A stretch of 56,089 nucleotides of DNA from IMG/VR virus record IMGVR_UViG_3300031413_000570. One strand, 5' to 3'. This DNA is from a virus (taxonomy: Duplodnaviria > Heunggongvirae > Uroviricota > Caudoviricetes). The position numbers and the translations under genes are program-made. Shown one piece after another: positions 26,346 through 36,740 of the stretch. The first letter of the stretch is position 1. Every line of letters begins with the position of its first letter. The notes under the pieces are model-generated. The model made no database searches. It saw only the letters and a program-made list of their open reading frames with translations, and had not been told where the DNA came from.

Positions 26346-27107
26346 ATGAGAGCTGACATTACTGAAGCGTTACGTGGCCGTGGAATTACCTTTTTAGGAG
26401 CCAACCGTGAGAAACGCCGGCTGGTGAATTACCTGCATGACGGAGAGATTGTTCATGACTTAGCTCCTTGCAGTTTCGGTGAAACTGGTGGGCGAGCTCT
26501 GCTGGTTGCCACTGACGAACGTGTGCTTGTCATCAAAGACGGCTGGATTTTCAAAAACTCCCAAGGAATGGGCTACGGAGACATTCGCAGCGTGGAGATT
26601 ACAACAGGGTTGTTGTTCTCCAAGATTGAATTCCATGGTGAGGGTATGGACTTTGAAGTCACCAAATCTGGTCGTTTCTCCTCTGAACATATTGTGAAGC
26701 TCATCCGTGGCCGTATCGGTTCCAGGTATGCTGCCTGGGAGCGTCAACGTGAACTGGCTTTAGGCAACAATGTTGCCCAGTCAACACCAGTTGCAGAACC
26801 CGTTGTGCCTGAAGTTCCTACTATCACGTTCCCACCTGTAGCAGAGATGCCTGCACAGTCTCATAACACCTTCCCACGGACCTCAGGATTCCCTAAGCCA
26901 GCCCAGGAGTTCACTTCTGAGCCAGTTACTCTTGACGCTTTCCTACGACCTCCAGTAGCCCCACAGGAGTCGGCACCTGTCACAGGTCCAGTTACTACAG
27001 GACGTAGCCTCATTGAAGAGTTGGAGCGTTTGAGCGAGTTGCACAAATCTGGCGCCATTAGTAACGGTGAATACCATCAAGCGAAACAGCGTCTACTGAA
27101 CACTTGA
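26346..27107 (+). CDS. Bacterial PH-domain protein with a C-terminal SHOCT
   Basis: ALLVATDERVLV...YGDIRSVEITTGLLFSKI; LIEELERLSELHKSGAISNGEYHQAKQRLL; ATG 9 nt after CCGATA. Confidence 0.75.
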   Translation: MRADITEALRGRGITFLGANREKRRLVNYLHDGEIVHDLAPCSFGETGGRALLVATDERVLVIKDGWIFKNSQGMGYGDIRSVEITTGLLFSKIEFHGEGMDFEVTKSGRFSSEHIVKLIRGRIGSRYAAWERQRELALGNNVAQSTPVAEPVVPEVPTITFPPVAEMPAQSHNTFPRTSGFPKPAQEFTSEPVTLDAFLRPPVAPQESAPVTGPVTTGRSLIEELERLSELHKSGAISNGEYHQAKQRLLNT

Positions 27108-27160
27108 GCCACTTTACGTTAAGGCTGAAGGTATGATAAGAAAAGTAGAGAAAGAGCGTC

Positions 27161-27871
27161 ATGGGTTGGTTTGGTAAGAAGAAAAAAGAAGAAGAGAACA
27201 CAAGTCCTAAGTTTTCAGCTGAGGAAGAAAAAGTCATTGACACCATCATGACAGCTCAAGCACCTATCGATGTCAGGCAAGCTGTTACTATGATTGACTC
27301 TTTAGTTCAAACACAGATAAGCAACCTTGTTCTTCAACTTCAGGTTCATAGGCTTATTTCTGAGAGTGACATCTGGGAAGGTGTGGAATCTTCTTTGCGT
27401 AACCCTGAACATAAGCACATGTTTGCTCTGATTGCGGATTTGCCTTCACAGATGAAAGCTGAGCAAACTCAGAGTGGTTTGACTTTTAATAATGACACAG
27501 TAGGAAATTTGTTACAGCTTGCTGATAACACTGTGGCTGATGAAAATGAACCTTACTTGGTTGTGGTATTCATTGAAAGTGAAAACCTTACAGCACATGG
27601 AGGTAACCTTCAAGTTCTGGAAAAAGGTTTTGAAGTAGGACCTGATACTATTCAAGGTCTAGAAACCATCATTGCTGACTTTATCAGCACATATCGTTTA
27701 ATGAATAATCAATCTCCAGCAGAAGCTGTTCTCATTCTCCATTACCCAGAACTACCAGTAGGCGTGGTGCTCGCAGCAAATTTATATTCCGTCTTCAATA
27801 ATGCCGGTATTCGTTCTCAAGCAGGAATTGTTCGGGCTGGTAGTCAAATCACTGTTGTCCACCATGAATGA
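27161..27871 (+). CDS. Hypothetical protein
   Basis: GAAAGAG RBS; N-terminal MGWFGKKKK. Confidence 0.7.
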   Translation: MGWFGKKKKEEENTSPKFSAEEEKVIDTIMTAQAPIDVRQAVTMIDSLVQTQISNLVLQLQVHRLISESDIWEGVESSLRNPEHKHMFALIADLPSQMKAEQTQSGLTFNNDTVGNLLQLADNTVADENEPYLVVVFIESENLTAHGGNLQVLEKGFEVGPDTIQGLETIIADFISTYRLMNNQSPAEAVLILHYPELPVGVVLAANLYSVFNNAGIRSQAGIVRAGSQITVVHHE

Positions 27872-27902
27872 CATTTTAGTTTGAATTCAAAATACCTGTT
27901 GT

Positions 27903-28505
27903 TCAAATATTGTTATCATTTAAGATGGCTGCACAGCCAATATTGTCAAAGCCTTTTTCATATTCCCCAAACCCTGCCTCTGTGAGGGGGCTTACTTTAT
28001 GAAGAGAATCAGACGCTTCCCTAAGCAGCTCTTTTGTTGATTCTCGAATCTGTTCTCTTCCTGCTACTTCAATGAGAAACAAAAACTCCTGACGAGAAAG
28101 ATTTTGTTGAAGAGCTGCTTGTATAAATTCGTCTGGGTCGGTCTTAAAGCTGATATCAGAAGGTAGATTTGGTGATGATTTTATGTGGGTAACAGTATTA
28201 TAGACTTCGTATCTAAAACTATCAAACCAAGAGGAGCTGAATTTGTTCATGTCGAGTAGTAAAAATCCATCAAGAGTAAGTGATTTGGGATTTGACTCCA
28301 GGGCGTCTATGATGCAGACCCAGCTATCATAGGCGTCAGTTACGGTCTGAGATTGCTCTAATATGTAAACAACTTCGTCATCTGTCAGAGGAAGTGAATT
28401 TTCTAAAAGTTGTTCAAAAGCTAAATGCTCATCATAGAAAGTCATGATATATTCATCATCTAACACCTTGTACTTTTCTATGTCTCTCATGAAGTCTCTA
28501 ATCAT
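27903..28505 (-). CDS. Hypothetical acidic protein
   Basis: ATG 8 nt after CCGATA; AT-rich. Confidence 0.7.
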   Translation of the reverse strand: MIRDFMRDIEKYKVLDDEYIMTFYDEHLAFEQLLENSLPLTDDEVVYILEQSQTVTDAYDSWVCIIDALESNPKSLTLDGFLLLDMNKFSSSWFDSFRYEVYNTVTHIKSSPNLPSDISFKTDPDEFIQAALQQNLSRQEFLFLIEVAGREQIRESTKELLREASDSLHKVSPLTEAGFGEYEKGFDNIGCAAILNDNNI

Positions 28506-28541
28506 AAAAAAGTTATCGGGTTCTAAGAGAAATATTACGAT

Positions 28542-29408
28542 TTATGATAATTTTAGGTACATTTCGCCATCCGTGGAGATTGCTAAAATATAATCAAAGT
28601 TGGTTGGTACTATCCAGTACATATCCTGCTTAAAGTTACGTTCTGCTACATACCTAAGCATTTCTTTCCGAGAGCCATTAATAATGGTCACAGTGAATTC
28701 ATAATAGTCATGAGTGATGATGAAGTAATCTCTTCTCTTCCTACTAAGAATTTTTGCAGGTTCGAGTTTCTTATTGTACTCACCAGTTTGTATGATTCTA
28801 CCGTTTGTAGAATCATACAAACGACGACCATAGCTTGCAGCCTGAGCTTCTTCCATGTAAAACAGCGACAATAACCCTTCTGTTTCCAGTAAAGGAACGA
28901 GTGAAGACAACTGCTCTAAAACAGGGTCTGCCAAAATGAACTCTGGACTTGCCTGGGGCAGTAATTGATTTTGGATATGCTCAAAAAACTCAAGTGTAGA
29001 GAACTCTAAATAACGAGGAACCCATGGCTCAACATCGATTGGACCTCTTTCGTATTCTATGTAGTAAGCAACCAAATTAGGAAATTTTTCAAGAAGCGGC
29101 AAATTGACCAGTCTTAAATTAGCACCTATCCTTTGATGAGTTTTTGGATACATGTAAAAAGTTGCATAATATTGGTAAACGGATATTAGCTCATCAAAGT
29201 TTTCAGCCTTATTCTGCACGTAGGCTGGCATCAATTGAAAAGACAAAGCTAATCTGTAGTTTCTGCTGGGGTAATCCTCTTGAAGGGTTATCTCTGCAAG
29301 CTGTTGCAAAGAAGTCAACATGTCTTGATTTTGACAAGGTAACCCATCTCTGTCATCTGGATGGTGAAACGTTTGACCGTTATTTGCTAAAAACTCGATT
29401 ATGTCCAT
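28542..29408 (-). CDS. Hypothetical protein (possible immunity-like cargo)
   Basis: Co-oriented and downstream of the Rhs/DUF4265 genes. Confidence 0.7.
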   Translation of the reverse strand: MDIIEFLANNGQTFHHPDDRDGLPCQNQDMLTSLQQLAEITLQEDYPSRNYRLALSFQLMPAYVQNKAENFDELISVYQYYATFYMYPKTHQRIGANLRLVNLPLLEKFPNLVAYYIEYERGPIDVEPWVPRYLEFSTLEFFEHIQNQLLPQASPEFILADPVLEQLSSLVPLLETEGLLSLFYMEEAQAASYGRRLYDSTNGRIIQTGEYNKKLEPAKILSRKRRDYFIITHDYYEFTVTIINGSRKEMLRYVAERNFKQDMYWIVPTNFDYILAISTDGEMYLKLS

Positions 29409-29448
29409 TGTTATTTCCCCGGTTGTTACTGTTGTCGAAATGATAGTT

Positions 29449-29892
29449 CTACTTCAGTGAATCAAATTCCAGATAACCTTGGTTTTCTAAGTCCTGCAAA
29501 TAAGCACTCAAAGCTGCTGCATTCTCTTGACCTTGAACACTAACGGCATGGAAAGAAGGTAGAAATTCTTCTACTACAACCCCAATTTGGCTAAAGTCTT
29601 CAAGTATACGCACAAATGGAGCATGTTGATGAAGTTTGATGCGATATGTGTAAAAATCTGAAGATATTACTAACTTATCAAACAGATAACCGTTCTCTTC
29701 ATCAGGACTAATTTTTATTACGTCTTGATAATTCACAGAATGTGAAAAGAAGGGAATGCTCTGTACTTGGTACAATTCATTTTCGAGTGGCTCTACCCAC
29801 AATACCTCTTTTTCATTTTTTTCTTCAAGGAAAAAAGTCACCAAAATAGTGTTGCCTATGTATGGTGATGTGAAGTGATTATATGTAGTCAT
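29449..29892 (-). CDS. DUF4265-like putative immunity protein
   Basis: EVLWVEPLENELYQVQSIPFFSHSVNYQDVI...S...TYRI; ATGA overlap with the upstream gene. Confidence 0.7.
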   Translation of the reverse strand: MTTYNHFTSPYIGNTILVTFFLEEKNEKEVLWVEPLENELYQVQSIPFFSHSVNYQDVIKISPDEENGYLFDKLVISSDFYTYRIKLHQHAPFVRILEDFSQIGVVVEEFLPSFHAVSVQGQENAAALSAYLQDLENQGYLEFDSLK

Positions 29893-30320
29893 AACGAAAC
29901 CTTTTGGATGGAAGATTGATTCATTTCTAGCCAGTGATTGAAATTGGCTATTTCTTCTACAGGGACAGCCAAAGCATAGTCAGAGTTGGTTATTCTTTCT
30001 GTGCAGATTTGTGCAACTTTGAAATAACTCATTATAGTTACATATTCTGCATCTAATGATAATCTGACAAGAACGTTTGCATACTTTTCTTCTCGAAACA
30101 CTGTGTCAATAACATGTTCACCATTTATAGTCTCAAGTTTTAGTACGTCAAATAACGAAAATTTATTTGTCATGTATGGAACACAAATAACTTGGTATAA
30201 ATTGTTGCCCATTTCATGAACCAAAATGTTTTCAGTAGATTCGGAATCCACCTCAACTAAAATTGAGTCGTCAGCAAGAAGTCGAGCATAAGGCTGGGGA
30301 TGAGTAAATATTTTTTTCAT
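29889..30320 (-). CDS. Divergent DUF4265-like putative immunity protein
   Basis: ENILVHEMGNNLYQVICVPYMTNKFSLFDVL; starts 14 nt after the Rhs stop. Confidence 0.6.
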   Translation of the reverse strand: MKKIFTHPQPYARLLADDSILVEVDSESTENILVHEMGNNLYQVICVPYMTNKFSLFDVLKLETINGEHVIDTVFREEKYANVLVRLSLDAEYVTIMSYFKVAQICTERITNSDYALAVPVEEIANFNHWLEMNQSSIQKVSL

Positions 30321-30334
30321 TTAATTTCTCTGTT

Positions 30335-33300
30335 CTATGGTAAGTTGAAATTCTGTTTTACCCAAGATGGAGGCCAATTTTCATTAGGCCATGTCGAGTT
30401 AAATCCTTGAGGAGCGGTCTTAGGATAAAGACCGTCATTTTTAGAAGTATTGCAATGTTGACAAGCAATTTGCCCATTTTCAAGTGTAGCATCTCCTCCT
30501 TTAGACTTTACTTGGGAATGGTCCACATGAGTTTTGTATTTAGCTCTTGATACTTCCATCCTACAGAATACACAGACATTATCAGGGTTTTCAGCTTTTA
30601 CCTCATCCTTTGTTTTCGGAGTAAAATTTTTTCCTGATGTTGGACCGTTTGATTTCCCTGCTTTGATAGGTGGCCAACCATAAGAAGGCGGCGTCGGAGT
30701 TCCTGGAAATTTACCAGAAGAAGACTTATAAGTGTTGAGTATTTTTGAATCAAGCTTGACAAATTTGCCACTAACTTTTGTTGGTACTCCACCAGGGAGT
30801 GCCATACTGACACCCAAGGTACCAAGTTTTCCTACAGTGAACTTTGGGTTACATACATCAACAACGCCTGGAATTTTTTCGTTGAAATAATCTGTTGATA
30901 AGCCGAACGTAAGCTCATCCATAACTCCGAATCCAGTGCTACCAGTAAAATCAAAGTAACCAGTGGGTATGGTGGTGAATAGACCAAGTGGGTCAGTGAA
31001 AGCTAAAGGATTTCCTGAGGCATAAGAATAAGCTTCGTTGGTAGCCTGCTCCAAAGGGTCTCTGGAAAGGAACCCACCTGTGCTTGGTTCATACCAACGA
31101 GCTCGAAGGTTATACAGTCCTGTATCAGAGTCTAACCATTCGCCAGCAAAGCCGTATCTAGTTTTTGAATGGGTTGGGTCTGTAGTTCCTTTGGATTGCA
31201 ACTGACCATACGCAGTGTAGACGTATGTTGCTATCTGTACTCCAGTTTTGCTGGTTGCTGAAACAACTGAGCCTAAAGCATCCGCATGAAGATATGTGAC
31301 TGTTCCTGTTGATATTTCTCGTTGAGCTATTGGTGCGTTGTATGGACCATAGAAGTATTCGTAATCTCCGTCAGAGAGTAGTAAAGGAACGCTACTTTGG
31401 TAATCCCAAACGAAGTCATCTTTATCTGAATTGACAGTTTTGGTTTTAACCAAACCATTAGTATCATAAGAGTAATCTACTTGTTTGGAGCCTTTGGTAA
31501 TGCTTGTTAGCTGGTTCTGTTCGTTATACGAGTACTCAGTATCAGTACCAGCAATACGGTTTCCACGAGCGTCATAAGAATTTGTTGAGTCTTTTGTGGT
31601 TACAAGTTGGTTTGCTTGGTTGAAGCTTTGAAGGTTTCCTAAGTTGTTAGTTAGGTTACCAGTATTAGTGTAAGAGTATTTTCCTGCAGTGGTCTGGTCA
31701 GAATCCACTGAGGAAATACGACTCAACGCGTCATAAGCATAGGTTTCAGCTAAAGCATCTGGAACGTTTTTAATAGTTGTTTCTGTACTACTTAGGTAAC
31801 CAGTTTTCTCGCTATATCCATAAGCTTTTTCGTACAGGCTGGTGGTCCCAGCTTTGACAATCGTTTTATTGACAGCATCTATATTTGTGTATTCATAGGA
31901 CTGTTTTGTAGTGTTAGGGTTTGTCGCAGTTGTGATATTGTTAGTGTTATCATAAACATAACTGAAAGAGCCCGTGTCAGCGTTCGCTGCTGTAAGTAAG
32001 TTTCCTACATTGTCGTAGGTGTAGTTGATGCTCTTACTTGAAGGGTATGTGATTGAAGCAACTTCATTCCGAGGGGTATAAGTGTACTGAACACCTGCAC
32101 CTGTAGGAGGACCTCTGCTTGTCACGTTACCAACGTTGTCGTAAACATACTGAGTAACGCTTGTCCCTTGCTTTTCTTGAACAAGATTGTCGTTTGCATC
32201 ATAAGCATACTCATTGACAGCATCTGCAAAAGTCTCTTTTACCAACTGATTGTATTGGTAGTCATAAGTTGCAACTGAGGTATCTGGACGAACTTCTGTC
32301 TTTAGGTTACCTGCGGCATCGTAGGTGTAACCAGTAACTGAGTTATCAGTGTTGGTGAAACTGGTTGGTTGTCCTATTTTGTTGTAAGACCATTTTTTGA
32401 GACCGTTATCAGAATCTAAGAATGACAACTTTTGGTTCATGTTATTATAAACGCTTGTTTCTACAGCAAGGTTGGGTAATATTGTTGAGACTAAGTTGCT
32501 ATTAGCATCATAAGAGTAGGAAGTGGTTTTCCTTTGGGCATCAACTGTTTTAGCTGGTCTTTGCATGGAATCATACGTTGTTGAGACTTTTATTCCGTTA
32601 CTGTTTATAGTTTCAACAACATTGCCATTTGCATCGTAGTTATAGTGAGTTTCATTGCCTTTAGCATTTGTGAGAGTAACCAAATTACCAACTGAATCGT
32701 AAGAGTAGTTAGTCTTCTTGCTTCGAGCATCAGTCATTTCAAGAAGCTGCCCCATGCTGCTGTAAACATAGTTAGTATTCTTCAAGGTTGCATCGGTTGT
32801 TCTTGTGATGTTACCCATTGAATCGTAAACTTTTTTAGTCACACGGGCAGCAGCATCTGTTGCTGTAAGTTCACGATTCATCGCATCGTAAGTATAAGTG
32901 TTAGTTTTACCTAAACGGTTAGTTGTCTTAGTGACATTACCGTTTGCATCATACTCAATTGCTTCACTATATCCGTTAGGATGCTTAATACTGCTCACTA
33001 AGCCGGCAGAGTTGTAAGAATAGATTGTTTTGAGACCTAATTCATCAGTGGCAGTTTCCAGATAGCCATCAGCATTGAATGTCTGTTGGGTACTGTGGTT
33101 TAGAGGGTCTGTAACTTGAGAAGCAAGACCTTGAGGAGTGTAGTTGAAAGATGTCACTCCTCCATCAGAAGCTGTCACTGCAGAGGTTGTACCATCTGAG
33201 TTCACTGCATAAACGGTACGGTTACCATTGAAGTCTATTAAGGCTACGAGATTTCCATTCGAATTGTACTCATAGGTGCGAGTTGACCCTGCTGGGTTTG

Positions 33301-35758
33301 TTTCAGAGAGTACACGGTTCAAAGAATTATACGTGTAGGTGCTTATATTTCCAGAACGGTCTTTTACTTGTAAAGGATTACCACTGGCATCATAAGTTGT
33401 TTGGACGCTACTTCCATCAGGGTATGTCGTAGAGGTCCTGTTTTGAGCTTCATCATATTCGTAGTATTCGTCATAACTCTCAGCAGCTACATCATATTCG
33501 ATATGATAAACCTGATTTAAGTTGTTGAAGTAATGATAGTCTTCTCTACCATTGGGGTTTGTTACTAAAGTCTTATCGATATCATAAGATATTGTGGTGA
33601 TTTTACTTGCAGTGTCAGTTTGTTGAGTAACTCTCTTCTGGTCATCGTAAACATTTTTAGTGGTTCCACCTTTTGCGTCTTTGAAAGAGGTAATAAGATG
33701 AGCAGAGTAAGCATAGGTCACGCTTGTTGCATCAGGGTAAGTCACTTTGGACAAATCTGAACCAGTAGTGTAAGCATACTGTGTTGTTTTTCCTCCAGTT
33801 GTAGTCACTGATGCAATGAGGTTATTTGTTCCCCATGAGATGGTGAGTTGTTGACCTTTGCCGTTCGAGATTGTAACAAGTTTACCTGAGGAATAAGTCA
33901 GAGTAAGTGTGTTACTGTTTAGGTCTGAAATGGTTTCAAGTTGACCAGCCGCATTGAAAACAAATGTTGTCTCCTTGTCTCTGGTGAAGATGAATTTGCC
34001 ATTTGCTTGTTGTAGCGTAGCTCGTGTTTTTACATCTGTTGTCCAAATTCCAGCAGAGCTTTTAGTGAAACTTGCAGTTGAACCATTTTCTTGAGATAAA
34101 ACAACACTTGACGTTGCATTCAAAGCTGTTGAATTTGCAGATTTGATATTCAAATCGTAGTTACTATTCCAGCCATAGCCAAAGGTACCTTTGACTGCAC
34201 TTTTACTCGTTCCGTATTCACGAGTAAAAGTAAGAGGAGTGAGGCTTTGAACATCCGCATCGGTTTCGGACAACCAAAATTCACCAGTAACAGTATTGAT
34301 AGGGTCAACTACACAAGTTTGGGCACATACCTGTGAGGTTGACCCTCCTCCAGTGTGAATCCCTGGAGATGCCAAACTTTTACTTGATGCAGAAGATGGA
34401 GCACTTCCTCCTGAATTAATTTTATAGCTAACGGAAGCTTGGATGTCGTACATATACCCAGCAGGCTCTGAAGTCACTCCGGCACCAGATTCACTCCAGC
34501 GCCCTACTACATAAGTAATTCCATCTGCCACGTCAAATTTTTCATTAGGGTATCCATAAGTGCTACCTGCCCCTTGGGCGTTACATTCTGAAGCATATTC
34601 ACATACTTCTAAAATTTTTGAAGTCTTATTGTCAACAATTGCACTTGAGAAGTAATGTAAAGTCTGGTTGAGCTTACCCTGGTAATACACTTGGTCATCT
34701 ACTAGCGATTCAGTGGTTACATTAAGGACAAAAGGTAATCTTTTGACAGTTGTCGTGTTACTAACGGCTCGAATATCAGTCAATTCCTCAGCAGAAGATT
34801 CTGCATCAAGGTCTGCATTAGCAGCTAAGTATGCCTGATACTGGTGCGAACTATCATATTTGATGTCAGTCTGGCAACTATGTTCATTCAAACCTCCAAG
34901 ACAATAATCTGAAGTTACGCTTACAAAAGTTTGGGCAGTAACATCGTAGATGTAAATACGATGGCTATCAGGAACTACTTGGTTCGCAGTTGCTAAAAGA
35001 CTAAATGTGGCTCCTTCTTCGACCATGGGATTGTCAGATTTTAGCTTCAGCACCCAAGGAGTGCGACTCACCGTAACCGTGTTCGTCTGAGCAACAATTC
35101 CTGCCACCCCAGAAATATTAGTTCGTTCACCCCCATCTGCAATATATCCAGTGAAAGTGGAAGTGTCCTCCGACTGCATTTCAAGATACAGGGTGGTGCA
35201 GTTTGCAATATAGTCACATTCTGCAACAATTTCACCTGTGGAGTCTTCAACAATGACTAAGTTTTTACCAGATGGCAGTGTACCTTCTGACTCAGCATAA
35301 ATTTCGTACTTTTCCCAGCTATCTACAGTCTCAGAATCTGAGTAGAGAAATACATCTGGTACTTGATTAGCTACTTCAACTTGAGATGAAGAAACATTTG
35401 CTGTACGGGCATAGAAAGATTGGTTGTCTGTGTAATCAGAAGCAGGGTATTCGTATATACACGAGGTGCCTGTATCGCACTGCTGCACAGTCTCATTGGT
35501 AGTGGCATTAATAATCGACAAATTATCTTGTGTTTCACTTATGTCAACATCAGCCGTAGCAGTTATTTTTACTACATCACTAGATTCTTTTGTCTGGTCA
35601 GTCGTGATTTGAACAGACTGGACTTGATGAGTATCATCCAATTGAGTGGTAGGTATTTCTGGATTCACATGAGGGTCCGGTTCAGCTGCCATAGCTGGTT
35701 GAACTGTTAATCCAGTAAGAACGAGAACAGATGTTACAAATATGCCGATTAGACGCAC
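30335..35758 (-). CDS. Secreted Rhs/YD-repeat polymorphic toxin with a C-terminal HNH nuclease
   Basis: Signal peptide (..QPAMA|AE); DUF6531-like DPINTVTGEF; YD repeats; core end RYGFAGEWLD..GLYNLRARWY..DPLGL; CVFC...HVDH...GG....NGQIACQHCN. Confidence 0.9.
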   Translation of the reverse strand: MRLIGIFVTSVLVLTGLTVQPAMAAEPDPHVNPEIPTTQLDDTHQVQSVQITTDQTKESSDVVKITATADVDISETQDNLSIINATTNETVQQCDTGTSCIYEYPASDYTDNQSFYARTANVSSSQVEVANQVPDVFLYSDSETVDSWEKYEIYAESEGTLPSGKNLVIVEDSTGEIVAECDYIANCTTLYLEMQSEDTSTFTGYIADGGERTNISGVAGIVAQTNTVTVSRTPWVLKLKSDNPMVEEGATFSLLATANQVVPDSHRIYIYDVTAQTFVSVTSDYCLGGLNEHSCQTDIKYDSSHQYQAYLAANADLDAESSAEELTDIRAVSNTTTVKRLPFVLNVTTESLVDDQVYYQGKLNQTLHYFSSAIVDNKTSKILEVCEYASECNAQGAGSTYGYPNEKFDVADGITYVVGRWSESGAGVTSEPAGYMYDIQASVSYKINSGGSAPSSASSKSLASPGIHTGGGSTSQVCAQTCVVDPINTVTGEFWLSETDADVQSLTPLTFTREYGTSKSAVKGTFGYGWNSNYDLNIKSANSTALNATSSVVLSQENGSTASFTKSSAGIWTTDVKTRATLQQANGKFIFTRDKETTFVFNAAGQLETISDLNSNTLTLTYSSGKLVTISNGKGQQLTISWGTNNLIASVTTTGGKTTQYAYTTGSDLSKVTYPDATSVTYAYSAHLITSFKDAKGGTTKNVYDDQKRVTQQTDTASKITTISYDIDKTLVTNPNGREDYHYFNNLNQVYHIEYDVAAESYDEYYEYDEAQNRTSTTYPDGSSVQTTYDASGNPLQVKDRSGNISTYTYNSLNRVLSETNPAGSTRTYEYNSNGNLVALIDFNGNRTVYAVNSDGTTSAVTASDGGVTSFNYTPQGLASQVTDPLNHSTQQTFNADGYLETATDELGLKTIYSYNSAGLVSSIKHPNGYSEAIEYDANGNVTKTTNRLGKTNTYTYDAMNRELTATDAAARVTKKVYDSMGNITRTTDATLKNTNYVYSSMGQLLEMTDARSKKTNYSYDSVGNLVTLTNAKGNETHYNYDANGNVVETINSNGIKVSTTYDSMQRPAKTVDAQRKTTSYSYDANSNLVSTILPNLAVETSVYNNMNQKLSFLDSDNGLKKWSYNKIGQPTSFTNTDNSVTGYTYDAAGNLKTEVRPDTSVATYDYQYNQLVKETFADAVNEYAYDANDNLVQEKQGTSVTQYVYDNVGNVTSRGPPTGAGVQYTYTPRNEVASITYPSSKSINYTYDNVGNLLTAANADTGSFSYVYDNTNNITTATNPNTTKQSYEYTNIDAVNKTIVKAGTTSLYEKAYGYSEKTGYLSSTETTIKNVPDALAETYAYDALSRISSVDSDQTTAGKYSYTNTGNLTNNLGNLQSFNQANQLVTTKDSTNSYDARGNRIAGTDTEYSYNEQNQLTSITKGSKQVDYSYDTNGLVKTKTVNSDKDDFVWDYQSSVPLLLSDGDYEYFYGPYNAPIAQREISTGTVTYLHADALGSVVSATSKTGVQIATYVYTAYGQLQSKGTTDPTHSKTRYGFAGEWLDSDTGLYNLRARWYEPSTGGFLSRDPLEQATNEAYSYASGNPLAFTDPLGLFTTIPTGYFDFTGSTGFGVMDELTFGLSTDYFNEKIPGVVDVCNPKFTVGKLGTLGVSMALPGGVPTKVSGKFVKLDSKILNTYKSSSGKFPGTPTPPSYGWPPIKAGKSNGPTSGKNFTPKTKDEVKAENPDNVCVFCRMEVSRAKYKTHVDHSQVKSKGGDATLENGQIACQHCNTSKNDGLYPKTAPQGFNSTWPNENWPPSWVKQNFNLP

Positions 35759-35847
35759 AGGCTTTTCCCCACGAAAGTTTATGTAACTAAACTATCGGTC
35801 AACCTGAGAAAAACCTGTGAATTATTATCGAATACTTTTTAACTGTT

Positions 35848-35991
35848 TTATACGTTCAAGAATTCGATCTTGTCGCTGAAGAAAGGCAGAATGTTGAACA
35901 GGAACAATGTCCAGGCAGTCACAAGGAGGACTGAACCCAGGACAAAAGCGTCTTTGATTTTTGTTTTGGTTGAAGTGTTTGAATTTGACAT
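35848..35991 (-). CDS. 47-aa single-TM peptide (not in the ORF track)
   Basis: MSNSNTSTKTKIKDAFVLGSVLLVTAWTLFLFNILPFFSDKIEFLNV; TGtTATAGT extended -10 lies 6 nt before the ATG. Confidence 0.55.
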   Translation of the reverse strand: MSNSNTSTKTKIKDAFVLGSVLLVTAWTLFLFNILPFFSDKIEFLNV

Positions 35992-36068
35992 GCAACAACT
36001 ATAACACGTTAGACTTTAAACCTGGAAATATTGCTTCAACAAACTAACAATCTTCAACCTGCTTCTAT

Positions 36069-36574
36069 CTACGCGAACTTAGCAAACATAGCCAATGAAA
36101 GAACAAAAGAAGCAATTAGGCATACTGGAACCATAACCAGATAATCTATGTTGAGGAAGGAGTGCTTGGCCTCGACTTTTACATCAGCCTTGCCTCTACT
36201 GTTCACCCATATTGATTCAATTTCTTTAGAAGGTCGGCATCTCAAGCCTAAATAAGCACTGAGTAAAAAGAATAAGTTTATAACAGTAAAAACAGTTACC
36301 AAATAGTGGTAGGTCGGTTCTCCTTTTGGAATTATTAGGTACCCAACAGGTAATAAAACAACAGCTATGAGAAAACCAAGGATAAAAAGATTGCGGTAAA
36401 TTGTTTCCAACAAACTATGCCTTTGCAGGGAGTGGCTCGTTCGGATAGACTATCCGTGACCTCTTTTCTCTTTTATTCAGGACTATCATAATCACGAATA
36501 TACAAATTGGCAAAAGATAAAAACCAATAGCCAACTATATGACTGATTTCATTGCCAAACAATAGATTTTTCAT
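36069..36574 (-). pseudogene. Disrupted paralog of the 37353-37880 membrane protein
   Basis: ATG at 36574 gives MKNLLFGNEISHIVGYWFLSFANLY...; in-frame TAA at 36473-36475; 1-nt deletion near 36428-36430. Confidence 0.8.
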
Positions 36575-36740
36575 AATGAGGACCTACATTCTAACTTGGA
36601 AGTTGTGTAAAAATTTGTATAGTAAGCTGGTATTATAGGTTAGAAATAGCTTGTCCTCTGAGCCCACGCGATCAATATTGAGCTGGACTATTTGTTAGGT
36701 AGAATTAAGCTTGAGATTTTTCAGTATCTAAAAATAGCAT

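Noticed and set aside
35900-35945. T-arm-like GTCCTGGGTTCAGTCC on the minus strand
   Set aside because: No D-arm or acceptor stem; better explained by the 47-aa ORF.
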